A stretch of 51,892 nucleotides of DNA, taken from assembly GCA_000320545.1 (NCBI GenBank), contig ADNK01001010.1:1-51892 (forward strand), given 5' to 3'. Made by a program: the position numbers and the translations under genes. The notes beneath the pieces were generated by a model. That model saw nothing but the letters and a program-made list of their open reading frames with translations, was not told the origin of the DNA and searched no databases. Positions 12,545 to 25,566 of the stretch are shown in pieces. Numbering within the stretch: position 1 is the stretch's first letter; every line of letters starts with the position of its first letter. This DNA is from Bigelowiella natans CCMP2755 (taxonomy: Eukaryota > Protista > Cercozoa).

Positions 12545-14140
12545 TGTCAGTGTTTGTCTCTATCTCGATTCAAATCGTTGCTAGTGTGTAATCATATACT
12601 ACTACTACCTCGCGTGTCCTCGCGTCACTCATCTATCATAATCGTCCCAGTCATAATTATCATCGTCTCGCACAGCCGCCTGCCCACCACAAAATCCCCC
12701 ATTCGCTTGCGTTTCTTTCCCTCGCGATTCCCCTGCCAAACTGCTCACGCATAGTCCTCTTCTTCTTTTTCCTTCATCGCCAACACCAGACGTGGATGGT
12801 ATCTCCCCTAGCCAGGGCGCTCCGCTCGATGAGAGCTCAGTGGTATTGACATCATCAGACCCTTCGGAATCCTTGCCGGAGGGCTTGCTACTTGCGTGCT
12901 GAAAATGGATCTTTGCAGGGCATTTGAGAAATCTCTACGTGTCGCTCGAGCCGGGGGAGGCATGTACTTGCAGGTTGAACGGCAGGCAGCAGTGAATAAC
13001 AACATGATGTGTTGAACGCCGAGCTCTCTTTTCACCACATTGTAGTGCTGTCGCAACCGCAGCCCAATGATTGGCTGATGTGAATAATCAGGGCGACGAA
13101 AGTATGCTAGCGTCTATGGTCGGTAGACTCACGGGCACCGGCCCCGAAGTCCCTCGCCACGCCTCGAGACTTCGAGGATTTAGCAAGTTCAGACTCAAGA
13201 TGAAAAAGGACGACGGCGGCGGAGAAGCGGGCGGGATTAGATGACATGAATGAGTAAGGTCGCGTGCATGTGTGAAATGTAGCATGAAAGAGAACCGGCA
13301 TTGTTTCATTGTGATGACACAGTGACTAAAGGTGCTACGCACGATGACAGCACTTGCATCGACTAAGTGAGGTAGAGTGTTGCAATCGTCTAGCTACAAC
13401 AGCAGCACGCTGACTTGTCTGCCTGGCTCGATTCTATGCGCATACACCTGGCTAGCTGGTCGTTTAGATGTGCGTACCTGACTGTTTTGGTTGCATGATG
13501 CGCGCGTGCACACACGTCAGTCGCTGTCTAGCTATCCCAATGTGCTAGACATCCCGTGCTATATGGACATTTATGGACATTTATGTCCCTATAGTGCAAG
13601 TGTGCATGTCTTCTTACTACTTATAGCTGATGCAGCATTGCTAGATTGCACAGCTGTGTTTAGATGACCATTGAAATAATGCAATTGTTTCATTTAGTTT
13701 CGTTTCATGTCTTTGCTGATCTGTGCATGTGGAGCTACACTACGCATATAGCACGACCCAAACAACCTCCAAATGGTGCAAAGCAGCCATAATTTATTAT
13801 TTCGCAAGTCTGTACACAACTAGACAAATCACCCATGCGAACAAGAAAGTCAGCTAATGCTAAGAAGCGTAGCGCGTTGAATAGTGCAGCTCTGTGGCCG
13901 GCTTAGATGGACATCATCATCGTGCTCTTTCTGTTAGCGTTCGAGCGACAGCATGCTAGCATGGCAAGAAATTTATAAGAATTTTCAATAACAATAATTT
14001 AAATGCTAGTTATGCCATAACATTCATGTAGCAGCCCCCCCCGCTACCTTCTACCATCATCGCTGCCCTTGTACTACCTCCAAACCTACGACTGGATTTC
14101 CTCCTCATCACTTCTTCTTTTTAACGCCAATCTTGGTTTA

Positions 14141-14357
14141 TTATGAGAAAAGCCAGCCCCGTACCATCGGTAAGAGCTCCAGCAAGATCTCGAGCGTGAT
14201 GAGGTAGATGATGTACCGCTCTAAGTTGTGGCCGATGTGGTTCTGACGCTCGTTGTTTAGCAGCTCCAGCGTCTCTTTGATGATCTCCGTCCGCGTGTTC
14301 ACAAGGTTATGCCGCTTCTGCAGCTGGACCTGTAGATGCATGCATCACAGCATGTCA

Positions 14358-14394
<37 letters not shown>

Positions 14395-15234
14395 ATATAT
14401 GTGTGGGTAGTGCGTGGGCGCTGCATGTGCGTGTTGTCATGTTTGAAAGGAGGGCACTGTGTGAGGCGAGGAGAATCTCTCTTTCACAGATCTTTTCGGC
14501 AATTGCCCATCGTTCTGCTATTCAGCACTGAGTGGGGTCATGGACTGTGCTGCTTTTCAGAATCACATCGCGGTGGCATTGACCATACGCCGGTTTGGTT
14601 CTCCCCAACCCATAAGCGGCCAGGCATCATGCACATCATCTCTCCTATTTGAAATGGCGTGGTGTTGAGACCTCTCGAATGGTTTGCTCGTAGATGGACA
14701 TGAGATCGGAGTTTTCCCACAAAAAGTAGGGGGTGTCGAGGATGTCGGACCGAATGTTGATGTTGTACCGCGCATCGAGCATTTCTGCGGTGAGGCGCTG
14801 TGGAAAACAAGCGAGAAATACGAGACAAGGGGTGGGGGGAAAGAAGAAGAAGAAGAAGAAGAAGAAGGGAAAAGCAAATCAAAAACAACATTACTTACAA
14901 CATACCAGCATCTCAACCCCTCTCTCCCATAGATAAGCTACGACGGGTTAGTTAGATATGAGCAGCGAAAAGAACAACACGATGAGTTATTACCCTAATT
15001 TGATTGAGAGGGAGCTTTCTATACATCACAGAATCCGTAACTATGCCACTCGGTAAGTCGCTTGTCTTATCAATCAAATCCTGCACAGTGCGCTCGAACA
15101 TCGATAGTTGCGTGGACTGGGCTAGCCCGTACGAAATCGCCAGCATTTCGTAGATGTTCTCCCACGCGTCGAGCACGATCAGGTCGTCTTTAAACTTTGT
15201 TCGCGCTCCAGGAACCACCTATGACAGTAGATTT

Positions 15235-15298
<64 letters not shown>

Positions 15299-16446
15299 CG
15301 CGTTGTGTATTTATATAGGATGTAACAAGGATGATAATCGCAGCCTACTCTACTGCATAAGGGAGGAGACGAGGATGATGAGTAGGAGGGTTAGGAAGAG
15401 GAAGGGAGGAGACTTGAGAGGAACAGGGCCAGGACCAGCCCCTTACCTTGCATTCGAAGTCGTGCTCGAAGAGGTCGTCGTCCGACCAGGTTTTGACCCT
15501 TTGATTCCCCGCTTGCTTCTGCAATCCAAATCGTGTTGCATTGGACAGAAGCGCGGGGCGTAACGATTCAGGTACACCCCAGAACACAGTCGCGCCGCTC
15601 TGAAAGTAGAATACGTGCCCCCATCCCGTGTCAGCCCCACGTGTGTACATCGCGTCGATTTCCTTCCCCACGGTATACTTCTTCACCAATGATTCCTCTC
15701 CCCCATCTCCATCGCTGGCCGCAAGTGTCCTTTCCTTGAGGTGCACGTACAGGGCTGGCATGTTGATTCCGAAGTTCTGGCACGTGGCAAAGCAACCGTC
15801 CTCGATCACCCATGGCTGTCTCCGCACATCCTCACTAGTGCTGCTATCCTATAAAGAGTGAAAAGTTTAACCAAAAGTAATATACTACTGATCGTGACAG
15901 AACCCAGTTCTGGGAGGGATGGAAAATTACCAATATCTCGTTAATATTCTCACCTGCGCCATAGATTCGTCGAGCTCGTCGTCAGCTTGCCTTGGGTCGG
16001 CTGCATATATAATTGGATCATTGTCGACGTCATATCTATCATCGTTTATGCCCTCCTCGCCCTGCTGCGGAGAGTGCGAGGAGGAAAAGGCCCGTCGTAT
16101 GGCACCGAATAGGACGGGGCTCAGTCTTAGATCTGGGTCGTAGTACACGAAACAGCTCCTATACGTAGGACTTCTAATAGAGAGCCCACGCAAAGGATTT
16201 CCCACTGCTCCTCCTCCGCCTGCCCGGCCCTAAAATAAAACGTTCAATCAGTCATCATCGGTTTCGAGTGGTGGTTGTGTCATGCACATCTGCCCACACT
16301 GAGCAGCAAGATACGGAGTCATGCAGCACTGTTCGAAGATATGAACGAATAGAGGCGACATCATCCCCCTGCGCAAACGCCTGAGCCTGAGGAGGAGGTG
16401 AACTGACCCTGGTGCGGACCACGAGCCGTCTGAAGGCCAGCGCCAT
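14141..16446 (-). CDS. RMD1/RMND1 family (DUF155) protein, paralogue B, with mitochondrial-presequence-like N-terminus
   Basis: Exons: MALAFRRLVVRTRVSS..., GHVFYFQSGATVFWGV, DDLIVLD..EMLAISYGLAQSTQLSMFERTVQDLIDKTSDLP, LDARYNINIRSDILDTPYFLWENSDL, LVNTRTEIIKETLELLNNERQNHIGHNLERYIIYLITLEILLEL, stop at 14141. Confidence 0.85.
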
Positions 16447-16778
16447 CAAGCAAGCTTACTGGCGAATACCCGGAATACGCCTAGAATTCATGGGTGCGAC
16501 AACCGCAGTGATCAATTTATAATGTAAAATAATAAATATTGGAGGATTATCCTCTGCGACATACTCCTGCACCGATATTTGTTTAAATGACATTTGACAG
16601 ATGTCGCGCAGTATAAATAGAAATGATCTTTGTAGTTGCGACTATAGTTCATGTCATAGCATCGTGCCTCCCTTCTCGTAAGCCCTTACTACTTCCTCTT
16701 CCGGGAGGCTCGGGGGGAGGTAAGGCGGAACCCTGGTGAACTGGGTTAAACAAGATCGGACGCTAATTTTCTGTTCAG

Positions 16779-18138
16779 ATGGATGACACCAAGGTGCGAC
16801 ATTCGGGATGAGTTAGGGGGGGGAGCATGCCTTTGTATACCCGCAGTGCATGAATATCGCTAGTTGGAACGAACACGAGCTGTTTCGATCAAACTGAGTC
16901 TGTGGTACGCTTAAATCCCCATTAGCACTTTGATGAGGCAAGGACAATCGTAGACGATGAGGAGGACAGGTATGAACAATCGTCACATATACAAAAGTTT
17001 ATATTAAATCTGTGATCTCCTCGACAAAAAAGGGGGAAATAGACGCGCTTTCCTTTAGGATGGATTGCCACTTATGTGTATCATTTTATATTTTGATCGA
17101 TACTATCATTCTTATTATTAGGGCCGAGGCAGATGTCTTGTTCCAGAAGGGTTACGACCATTTATTCGGGACCAATTTTAAGGAGGTATCAGCGAAAGAA
17201 ATATGCAAAAATTTGACAAATGTTTTGACTTCGATCGGTGCCATAACTCTCTTCCCGGACAGATGAATATAAAAATGGCCGCCAAAATGATTGTTCGGGC
17301 GGCGAACTTGGGACACTTGTGTGCCAAGGGAGAATGCTTAATGCAGGGATGGACTTACGTGCGTTACACGTTAGAAAGATAAGCAGGAGGGGGAGGGGGG
17401 GGAGACAGAGGAAAGATTTGTATATGCCACTCTATAATCATCATCATTATCCTTCTAATTTTTATTCTTCTTCTTCTACATCATCATTTAATCATTCATC
17501 ACCGTCATCATCGTCTTTGTTGTCTCTATGGCTGCTTAGCGGAGGGAGCAGAATTACATGAGAGCGTTCTCGTATTTTACGGTAATGACATAATGACACG
17601 CTTCGTTCGTATTGTATAATGAAAGATACTGACCTTCCTTACCCCCTTCTATGCGTTATTTGTCGTGTTTTATAGAAAGCTCTCCACGATGACAAGAGCG
17701 ATGTAGCAAGATACGCACTAGCAATATGTAATTTTTTCACCGCACAACAATTTTAAAGTTCCAAACGAGAAGTACCAATGATTTTTATCCAGCGGAAACG
17801 CCATCATCGATGTTTTCAGTTCTATTATAAATTTTGGAAAGATTTGAAGATACAAACCGTCTTGGGAAAACAAAGGAGCAACATCCTCTTCTCTCTCCTT
17901 TTCCCTCCCTCCCTCCTCTCCCCCTTTCTTCTCCTTACATCCCCGCAATGGCTCAGTTGTAATCGAAGGTGGTGTTGTTGTTGTTATTAACATGCAGGTC
18001 GTATGTATGGCTTCGGCTGTCAAATGAATTGGAGTGTCGGCATCTCTCTCCTCGCCACAGTAGAAAATCACATCACGCTTATCGTCATCATCTTCTGCTG
18101 CTCTCTCCATGTTCTGTGCTATGTTCATTTCATCTTCG

Positions 18139-18170
<32 letters not shown>

Positions 18171-18534
18171 CATTCACAGGCGATAGATCAAGGAAATGAG
18201 TGCGCGCTGAATAGCATGGGGTGCTTCTACGAGAGGGGCGAAGGCGTCCCCAAGAACAGGCAGCGAGCGGTCAACAACAAATCAGAATCTACCAACCTAG
18301 CAAGCATGTCCTCTCTTCCCTCTTACGTGATTTTCCTGAGCCTGAAAGGGATAGACCCCAAGGCGGCACACATGGGCATACAAAACAGCCCATGATTGCA
18401 ATGAAGCACCGGTGCGTGAGTGAGTGCCTGATTTGTTTGTTCGTTCGCAGAAGGAATGCTACGAAGCGGCTGCTAAGCGGGGGAACTCCGCTGCCATGTA
18501 CAATCTGGTAAGTCGGTGATTTCCTCTCCGATCT

Positions 18535-18588
<54 letters not shown>

Positions 18589-19926
18589 GTCGTTTGTGAA
18601 CATATGTTGATCATTGAGAGCGCTGATGGGGACGAAATATGATAACCTAGGCGGTTTGGTACGATAGGAGAGGCACTGACGAAGACTTGAGAAGGGTCGG
18701 ATGATGATGATGACGATGATGATGACGATGATGCCGTGACCCCTTGTGAATGCATGCATTGAACGCATACATGGTTCATGAGAGTATCATCGAGACCATC
18801 ATATCATCACCATCATTATCATCGATTGCATCACTGCTCAAGCTACGGTGGTTGATTCATTGACTCATTCATCCGCTCCTCATCCTCCTCCTCTTCTTCT
18901 TCTTCTTCTTCTTCTTCTTCTTCTTGACTCTCCGTTGTTTACTTGCGTGGGACTGCTGCTGCCAGGCGCTCGATCTCTATTCCCGGGCAGCCAGCCAGAA
19001 AAACAAAAAGGCCATGTACGCTCTCAGCCTTTGCTTCCGTCACGACGACGATGACCTTCCAAGAATAGTCAGGTATGGTTTCAGGAGCATAAAGAGGGGG
19101 GTTAGCAGTAAATCACCGTTCCTTCCTCACCTATTGTTATTCAGATGGGCGAAGAGGGCGGCCGCTGACGGAAACATGCACGCGCAGTATCATCTGGGGA
19201 CCTTGGTGCGTGGAGCGAAACTCCAGAATTGCATGAATTATAGCGCAGTGTAGGACATGATACTCGGGGTGGGGCCGGTGGCGGCACATTATGTTAGCGA
19301 GAGAGATGTAGAATACTGCGCGAAGAAAACGTCAAAGACCGGTTGTCTCACTTTGACCCCATTGCCGATCCACATGAATTTGCAGTATAGCATCGGTTTC
19401 GGCGTGGTAAGCGACTATTCGCATGCGGCCGAGCTGTGGGAGGATGCTGCAGAGCAGGTCAGTAGATGATAGTGTTGTTGATGATGATGATAATGATGAG
19501 ATCTTCACAGTCGCATTGTTCCAATCATTGCCTTGCTTCCTCCCTGCCTACTCGCCTCAGGGCCACGCCCTCGCGCAGATGCAGACCGCACGCTGCTACG
19601 AACAGGGGAGGGGGAGGGCGAAGAACGAGGAAAAAGCTTACTATTGGTATAGACTGTGCGCGGAGAATGGCGGCACTAACCATGTAGGAATGGGCGGTGA
19701 GCGAGCGGAAGTAGCTTGGCGATGTGCGATTGGGAAAGGCGTCAAGAGAAATATCCCTGAGGTGTTGGTAGTTAGTTAGTTAGTTAGTTAGTTAGTAGTG
19801 AGCATGGTGTTAAGAGGATACAGATATTTATATATGTATATTTCTATATCTTTGTCAAATTAATACCCTCTTCATCGCCCCCATTTTTGTTCTCTGCGGG
19901 GACTCCTTATTGTCGCTTCCATCATG

Positions 19927-19974
<48 letters not shown>

Positions 19975-20231
19975 TATTTATTTATATCGTCGGCCGTCAT
20001 CATCATCATCATCATTATCAGGGTATTCTCTTCTTTATTGGGAGAGAGCCGGAGGAGATTAGTTTATTTGTGCTCTCTGAGCTTGGGATCTGGATCATTA
20101 CCGCAATATTATGCAAGCTGAGCGGAGGTAGTAGTTGTCGTCGTCGTCGGTCGTTGTAGACTTTGAGGCCTCAATCGATGCTGTACGACATGATTCTCAT
20201 GGCTCTTCTCTCGTACTTTTACACCATTGTT

Positions 20232-20273
<42 letters not shown>

Positions 20274-20569
20274 ATGGCATCCCTAGAGCTATATGTAGAG
20301 AACTAGTAACTACTGTCGCGTGTTTCTAACCGACATTCACATGCCCGTACGGCAGAACTGATTTTATTATTTGTATTATGCTACCAACAGCTTCTGTTGC
20401 GGCTTCGTTGCTCACACTGCTGCTTCTGCACTGCGTTGGCCTCTTGATTAGAATCACGCTGCTCCCGAAGTTCTTCACCAATGTACTGACCTGGTTAAGA
20501 GACGGAGAGCCTTTAGACATCTTCTGTCGTCCTCTAGAGTCGTTTTTTGACATTTTTGAGATAAATTAG
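16779..20569 (+). CDS. Sel1-like repeat (SLR) protein with C-terminal hydrophobic segments
   Basis: Repeated SLR motifs in exons: AIDQGNECALNSMGCFYERGEGVPKN, AAKRGNSAAMYNL, AAADGNMHAQYHLGTLYSIGFGVVSDYSHAAELWEDAAEQGHALAQMQTARCYEQGRGRAKNEEKAYYWY. Final exons are hydrophobic (LFVLSELGIWIITAILC; ASVAASLLTLLLLHCVGLLI). Internal exon structure only partly resolved. Confidence 0.85.
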
Positions 20570-20684
20570 ATATTATCGGAATTCGAAGGCGATGTTTTAA
20601 TCACACCAACTTCGCTTGCCGCCGCCTTCCCCTACCTCCACTACTATCGCTACAAATTATAATGAACTTATTATGAACCCCCCC

Positions 20685-20751
20685 CCCCCCCCTATCTTTA
20701 CATTCCGCGGTGAAAATACTTCTCTCCGCGGAATGTAAAGATAGGGGGGGG
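20685..20751. repeat. Perfect 26-bp inverted repeat with 15-nt spacer
   Basis: cccccccctatctttacattccgcgg (20685-20710) and ccgcggaatgtaaagatagggggggg (20726-20751) are exact reverse complements. Confidence 0.95.
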
Positions 20752-21500
20752 AATTACCTGGACGCCAATAAGAGACTACTGTTATTTCATTCGCTGTAGT
20801 TATTCAACAGATACAAGTAGCTTGACACAGCATGTGTTTTGCTGTGGCTAAAATGAACAACTATATGTAATTAATCAACGTATAGACCCATGTGCAATCA
20901 ACCACGAGTCATTTTATACTTTAATGAGTGTGTAGCGTGTTGTTCACTTAAGGCATTTTGCATAGCGCCACTAGCTATGCGGCGTGTCGGCTGGCATTGG
21001 CATGGTTGCACATTTGAGCCACGCTTATCGCTACGCATTTCAAGGCTAGATTAGGTATCTACATCTCTATATCTAGCCAGCTCTGTCTGCTAGACGTGTC
21101 CACAGTGTATGTCAAAAACGTTGGCTTTTTGCAATGGCTACTAGGCTAGTCTAGTACGCGGTGGTAAACATAGCGCACGGTGATGATAGCTTAATTGCGG
21201 CTGCATCGTTTCTTCCACAAGGCTTTTTCTATTTTAATTTTAGCGCAATTTCTTGCTAATTCGTTTCATCAACAATGATGAATTTTTTGCCACGCATCGC
21301 ACAGTGCCAATTTGCTCAAACTTGCATTGTGCATTAAATTAAAACGAATTAGGTTTTAGCTGTATGTACATTGTAAATCTATGCATCATGAAGAATCATT
21401 TTCGTGTGACAGCTGCAATATGATACACAAGTAGCCACATCGATCATCATCGTCGTCGCCCTCATGTCTGTATCATTCCACAGCTCACTGCCATATGCAT

Positions 21501-22704
21501 TTAATCTGGCGACTCGTCCCTGCGCTCTGTCTTCTTATTCAGATTGCTGCCGTTCGAATTGGTAAGGCGGTATCCGTGTTGGCGATGGGCAACACCACCA
21601 CCAGCGTCCTCGCCGTCCGCATCATCGAAGCGCGGTGCAGGAATCGCCGTCGTGCTTGTCGCTGTCGTCGCCATCATCAGCTTGACGTCTCCATCACCAT
21701 CATCAGCATCCCCGTCCTCCCTGCGGCCAAAATAAGCACTCGGCTGGACGTCTGAGCTGTACGAAAAATCCAAGTCTTTCTCCGGCGACGGTACCTCCCC
21801 CAACGGAGGGAGCGAGGCACCCAACGGGGGCAGCGTGGACGAGGGGGGGGATGAGGAAGGGCCATTAGGCGTCGCCATCATGACTGAAGCTCCGAAGTCC
21901 TCTGTAGTGCTCATGTAGTACTTACCATACGCTGAAGATGACGATGACGCTATTGGCGACTTGTGGCTGTACAGCTGATCGTGACGGCCGCCATACATCT
22001 CCCCGCCGCCGCTGGGGAACGTGTCCTTGTACATCGAGGCGGAGGAAGGGGAGAACCCACCGCTGTCGATGTTAGCAGTCGCAGCTCCGACGAACGCATC
22101 CGTGGATGAGTTGTTGTTGTTGTTGTATATGGGGAGGGAGGCAGCGGCCTGTGTGAAGGGCGACTCAAACTTGTTGAGTTGTTTCTGGAGATACTCGATC
22201 AATGAACGCTGCTTCTTGACCTCCTCAACCAGTTTCACCACGCGCCCGCGCTCACTTGACAACGTGGACTTAAGCGCTTCGAGGCTGTCTTTACCTGCAT
22301 GGCCATCAGACCAATATCACTCATTACTGTCACCATCATCATTATATCATCACATCATCACGCCGTCATCATCTTCTTCTTCATTCGCTCGGTTCTTCAT
22401 TGTCGTAGTCGTCGTCGTCGTCGTCATTCGCTGAAATCGGCTAGCTGTGTGCGTTGATTATCGAAAGTGGTTTGGTAATTCTGACTACTTTTAGTGTGCT
22501 CATGCTCCGAAAGCTTTATCTTCGCCTCGAAGTCTCGGTTGGCGTTTGTTAGCGCCTCCAGCTGTGTCCGCAGAGACTTGACGTCCCTCGCAGCGTCTTC
22601 GGCCTAAGATTGGTGCGTGCGTGCGCAGAGATGGGTAAGTGTGAATGCTGATGGACATCTCCGATTTGTGTGTTGTTTCGTTGCATCTACTCCTGTGTGT
22701 GTGC

Positions 22705-22752
<48 letters not shown>

Positions 22753-23990
22753 GATGATGCTGGATATTCCATGCACATTGCCCCTCCTCCTCGTCTCCCT
22801 CGTCGTAGGGTAGAAGCAGTAGCATGTACGAGTGTTAAACGAGTCCTGCGCTACTCATCATCGTCGTCGTCACTACCTTGCGGTCGGCTCGAGATTTGTC
22901 TTGGTTGGCCGTGATGAGGAGCATGTTGCGCTCCTTCACTTGGCTCTCCAACTCTCGAATGCGCCGATCCTTTAGTTGTTTCCGGCAGCAGTAGTTTAAT
23001 CAATCAACCAATCAATCAATCAGTCAGTCAATCAATCAATCGGTTAAATAGCGCGCTGACCCAGTCGCCCCTTCATCATTCAATTTTTATTCATCCAATC
23101 GCTCCCTCCTAACCACGCTACTTCTTTCCGTACCGCACCTGTTCGTTGATGTTCTGCTTGTTGAGTGTGAGCTGCTCGTCCATGCGCTTCTTGTCGCTTG
23201 CATTGTCCTCACCCTTACAATGGAGGAGGAAGAGAAAAAGGAGGGGGGGTTGAAAATTTGAGCGAGAAAACAAACAATGTTCTCAATGTCTCGTATTATA
23301 GGGTGAGAGACACGCATCTCTTCCTACACATCACACACAAATGCATAGATGTTGCTTCTGCTCATCACGAAAAAACTGTCACTGCCACCACCACCACCAC
23401 CACCACGAGGACTCTCTCCGCACGCACATCGCTCGCTACCGACAGGAACTGCGTGAGCAAAAAACGAGGAAATGATATGATATATGCTGCTGATGCTGCT
23501 GCTGCTGCTGCTGCTGCCGGTACCACCGTACCACCTGTTTGCTGAGCTGGGCGATTGTCTCCTGTTTGAATTTGACCTCCTGTTTGAACTCAGCAATCGC
23601 TACTCGCTGTTTCTGCACCTCTAGATCTAGCCCATGTGCCTGATATGTTGCTATCATCAGTGATTATGTCTCCTCTTCACATCTCCCCCCCCTTCCCCCC
23701 CCCCCACACACACCTTGGTCTCAAGGGCAGCGTTTTCGTTCCTTGTCTTCTTTAGCTCTTGCGCTGTGGAAACTTTCTCTTCTTCCAGCACCTCTACTCT
23801 TGCCTTCAGCCGGTCACGCTCGCCCTGATTAAGAAGAGCATGGTGATGATGACAGTGATGATGATGATCATCGATGGACGGCTAAGCAATCACATACGCC
23901 TCTAGGGTAAAAGAATCCAAGTCACGCGAGATACGGCACACCCCCCCCCCCCCCCCACACACACACACATCACACATACATATATACACA

Positions 23991-24032
<42 letters not shown>

Positions 24033-24179
24033 GGGGATGAAGCAAGGGGATAAGTACACGGGGTAGAGCATTTCTCATACCTCGAGCCCCACGCTTTGCG
24101 TTTCGAGCAATTTTATCGACTTCTTCAGCCCCTCACAAGTGCTCTCCGAGGCCGTGAGACGAGTCTGTTATCATATCGC

Positions 24180-24212
<33 letters not shown>

Positions 24213-24636
24213 ATCACATCATCTCCTGCTTGGTACAACCAATATTAGCTTTTAACCTTGAGGTCATGCTCAATGCCTCGAGATTTGGCCTCGAGCGTCT
24301 CCTCGAGTTGCTTTTGACGCTCCAGCCCCTCCTTGGCCGCTTGATTCATCTTGGCCTGCATCTTGAGTTCCACCTGCTTTACGTCCTGGTCTCGTGCAAG
24401 AGTGATTTTCTCCAGCGTCTTTCGCAGTTTGTCATTCTCAAGGCTCAGGTTCTGCACCGACCGTCTGGCCGCCATGAGAGACTTCTCGTGCTCTCGACAC
24501 TTTCTCTTCAGCCCCTCCCCAGTCTCTGCGAGGTGCTTTCGGAGAGCGGCCTGGTGGTGAACATGTTAGTGTAAAGCGTAAGTTGGCGGTTGTTTGGCTG
24601 GCGGCTCGCTCGTAGCTTCGTGGCTGCTCATGTGCG

Positions 24637-24674
<38 letters not shown>

Positions 24675-25566
24675 ATGCGTGAGGGAGGGGGGGGGTTGCA
24701 TTTCTTCTTGTAATATCGCAAGACACACAACGAAGGGTGAGGTCTATGTCGTCGTCGTCGTCGTCGTTAAAGTTGCTATCATCATCATCGTCTTCGACTA
24801 CGGCGGCGCTGAGCCAAAACATCAAAATGTAGGTAGAAAGCCACCTCATCGCCTCGGCAGAAATGAAGCTTGAGGACGACGGAGGTGAAAGTGTGAATCT
24901 GTAGGAAAGTAAGGATGTTGACGAATGAGGTCTGTTGCCGCTGCTGCGGATGGGTCGGCAGCTCGTCGTCGCCAAGAGTCATCTCGGCTCGGAACACCGG
25001 CCCCCCTCCCATCGGCGAATAATGGGGGGTTCGGGATGACGAGGACTGCGCTGATAACGAAGAGCGATCCCTCATCCCCGTTGGTTGGCACAACTGCACG
25101 GTCTCAATGAAAGCCTTTGGAAACCCTGCAAAGTCGCAGTTAATGCGCTGGCGATGGCGAAGCTCCTTGTACCCTGCCTCGTCGAGGTCGAAGTAGTGTA
25201 GGAAAAACGCGTCTCGCTCATCGGTGAGACGGAAACGAAGGCGCTTTTGCGTGCAGGACGACGATGGCGGCGACTCGAGCTCTAAACGCAGGGTGAGCGT
25301 GCGCTCCTCTTCCTGTAGATATATGCATGGTGCCAGAGGAGGGGGAGGACATGGAGGATTATAAAAGGTGGGAAATAGGAAAGGGGTGGCTAACGAAAGC
25401 GTACGCGATGATCACACACCTTGCTGTGCCGGATCAAGCGAACAGGAACCTCCCCATCAAACAGCACGGTTAGCGTGGGGGCAGCAACGCTAGGGCTTGC
25501 ATTTGCGAAGTCGTTCTCTGTTGCTCCGTAATCCTTACTATCTCCCTGCTTCTGCTTCTCTTCCAT
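21501..25566 (-). CDS. SAS6: Centriolar cartwheel protein SAS-6
   Basis: N-terminal head domain: VLFDGEVPVRL, LRFRLTDERDAFFLHYFDLDEAGYKELRHRQRINCDFAGFPKAFIETVQLC (SAS-6 PISA-region pattern), FLQIHTFTSVVLKLHFCRGDE. Followed by multi-exon coiled coil (e.g. IAEFKQEVKFKQETIAQLSKQV; IEYLQKQLN) and a low-complexity tail. Start codon approximate. Confidence 0.8.

Noticed and set aside
16779-20569. Calling the Sel1 protein SEL1L/Hrd3 as an ERAD cluster with the PNGase
   Set aside because: No signal peptide and a different topology; it is 11 kb away with unrelated genes between.
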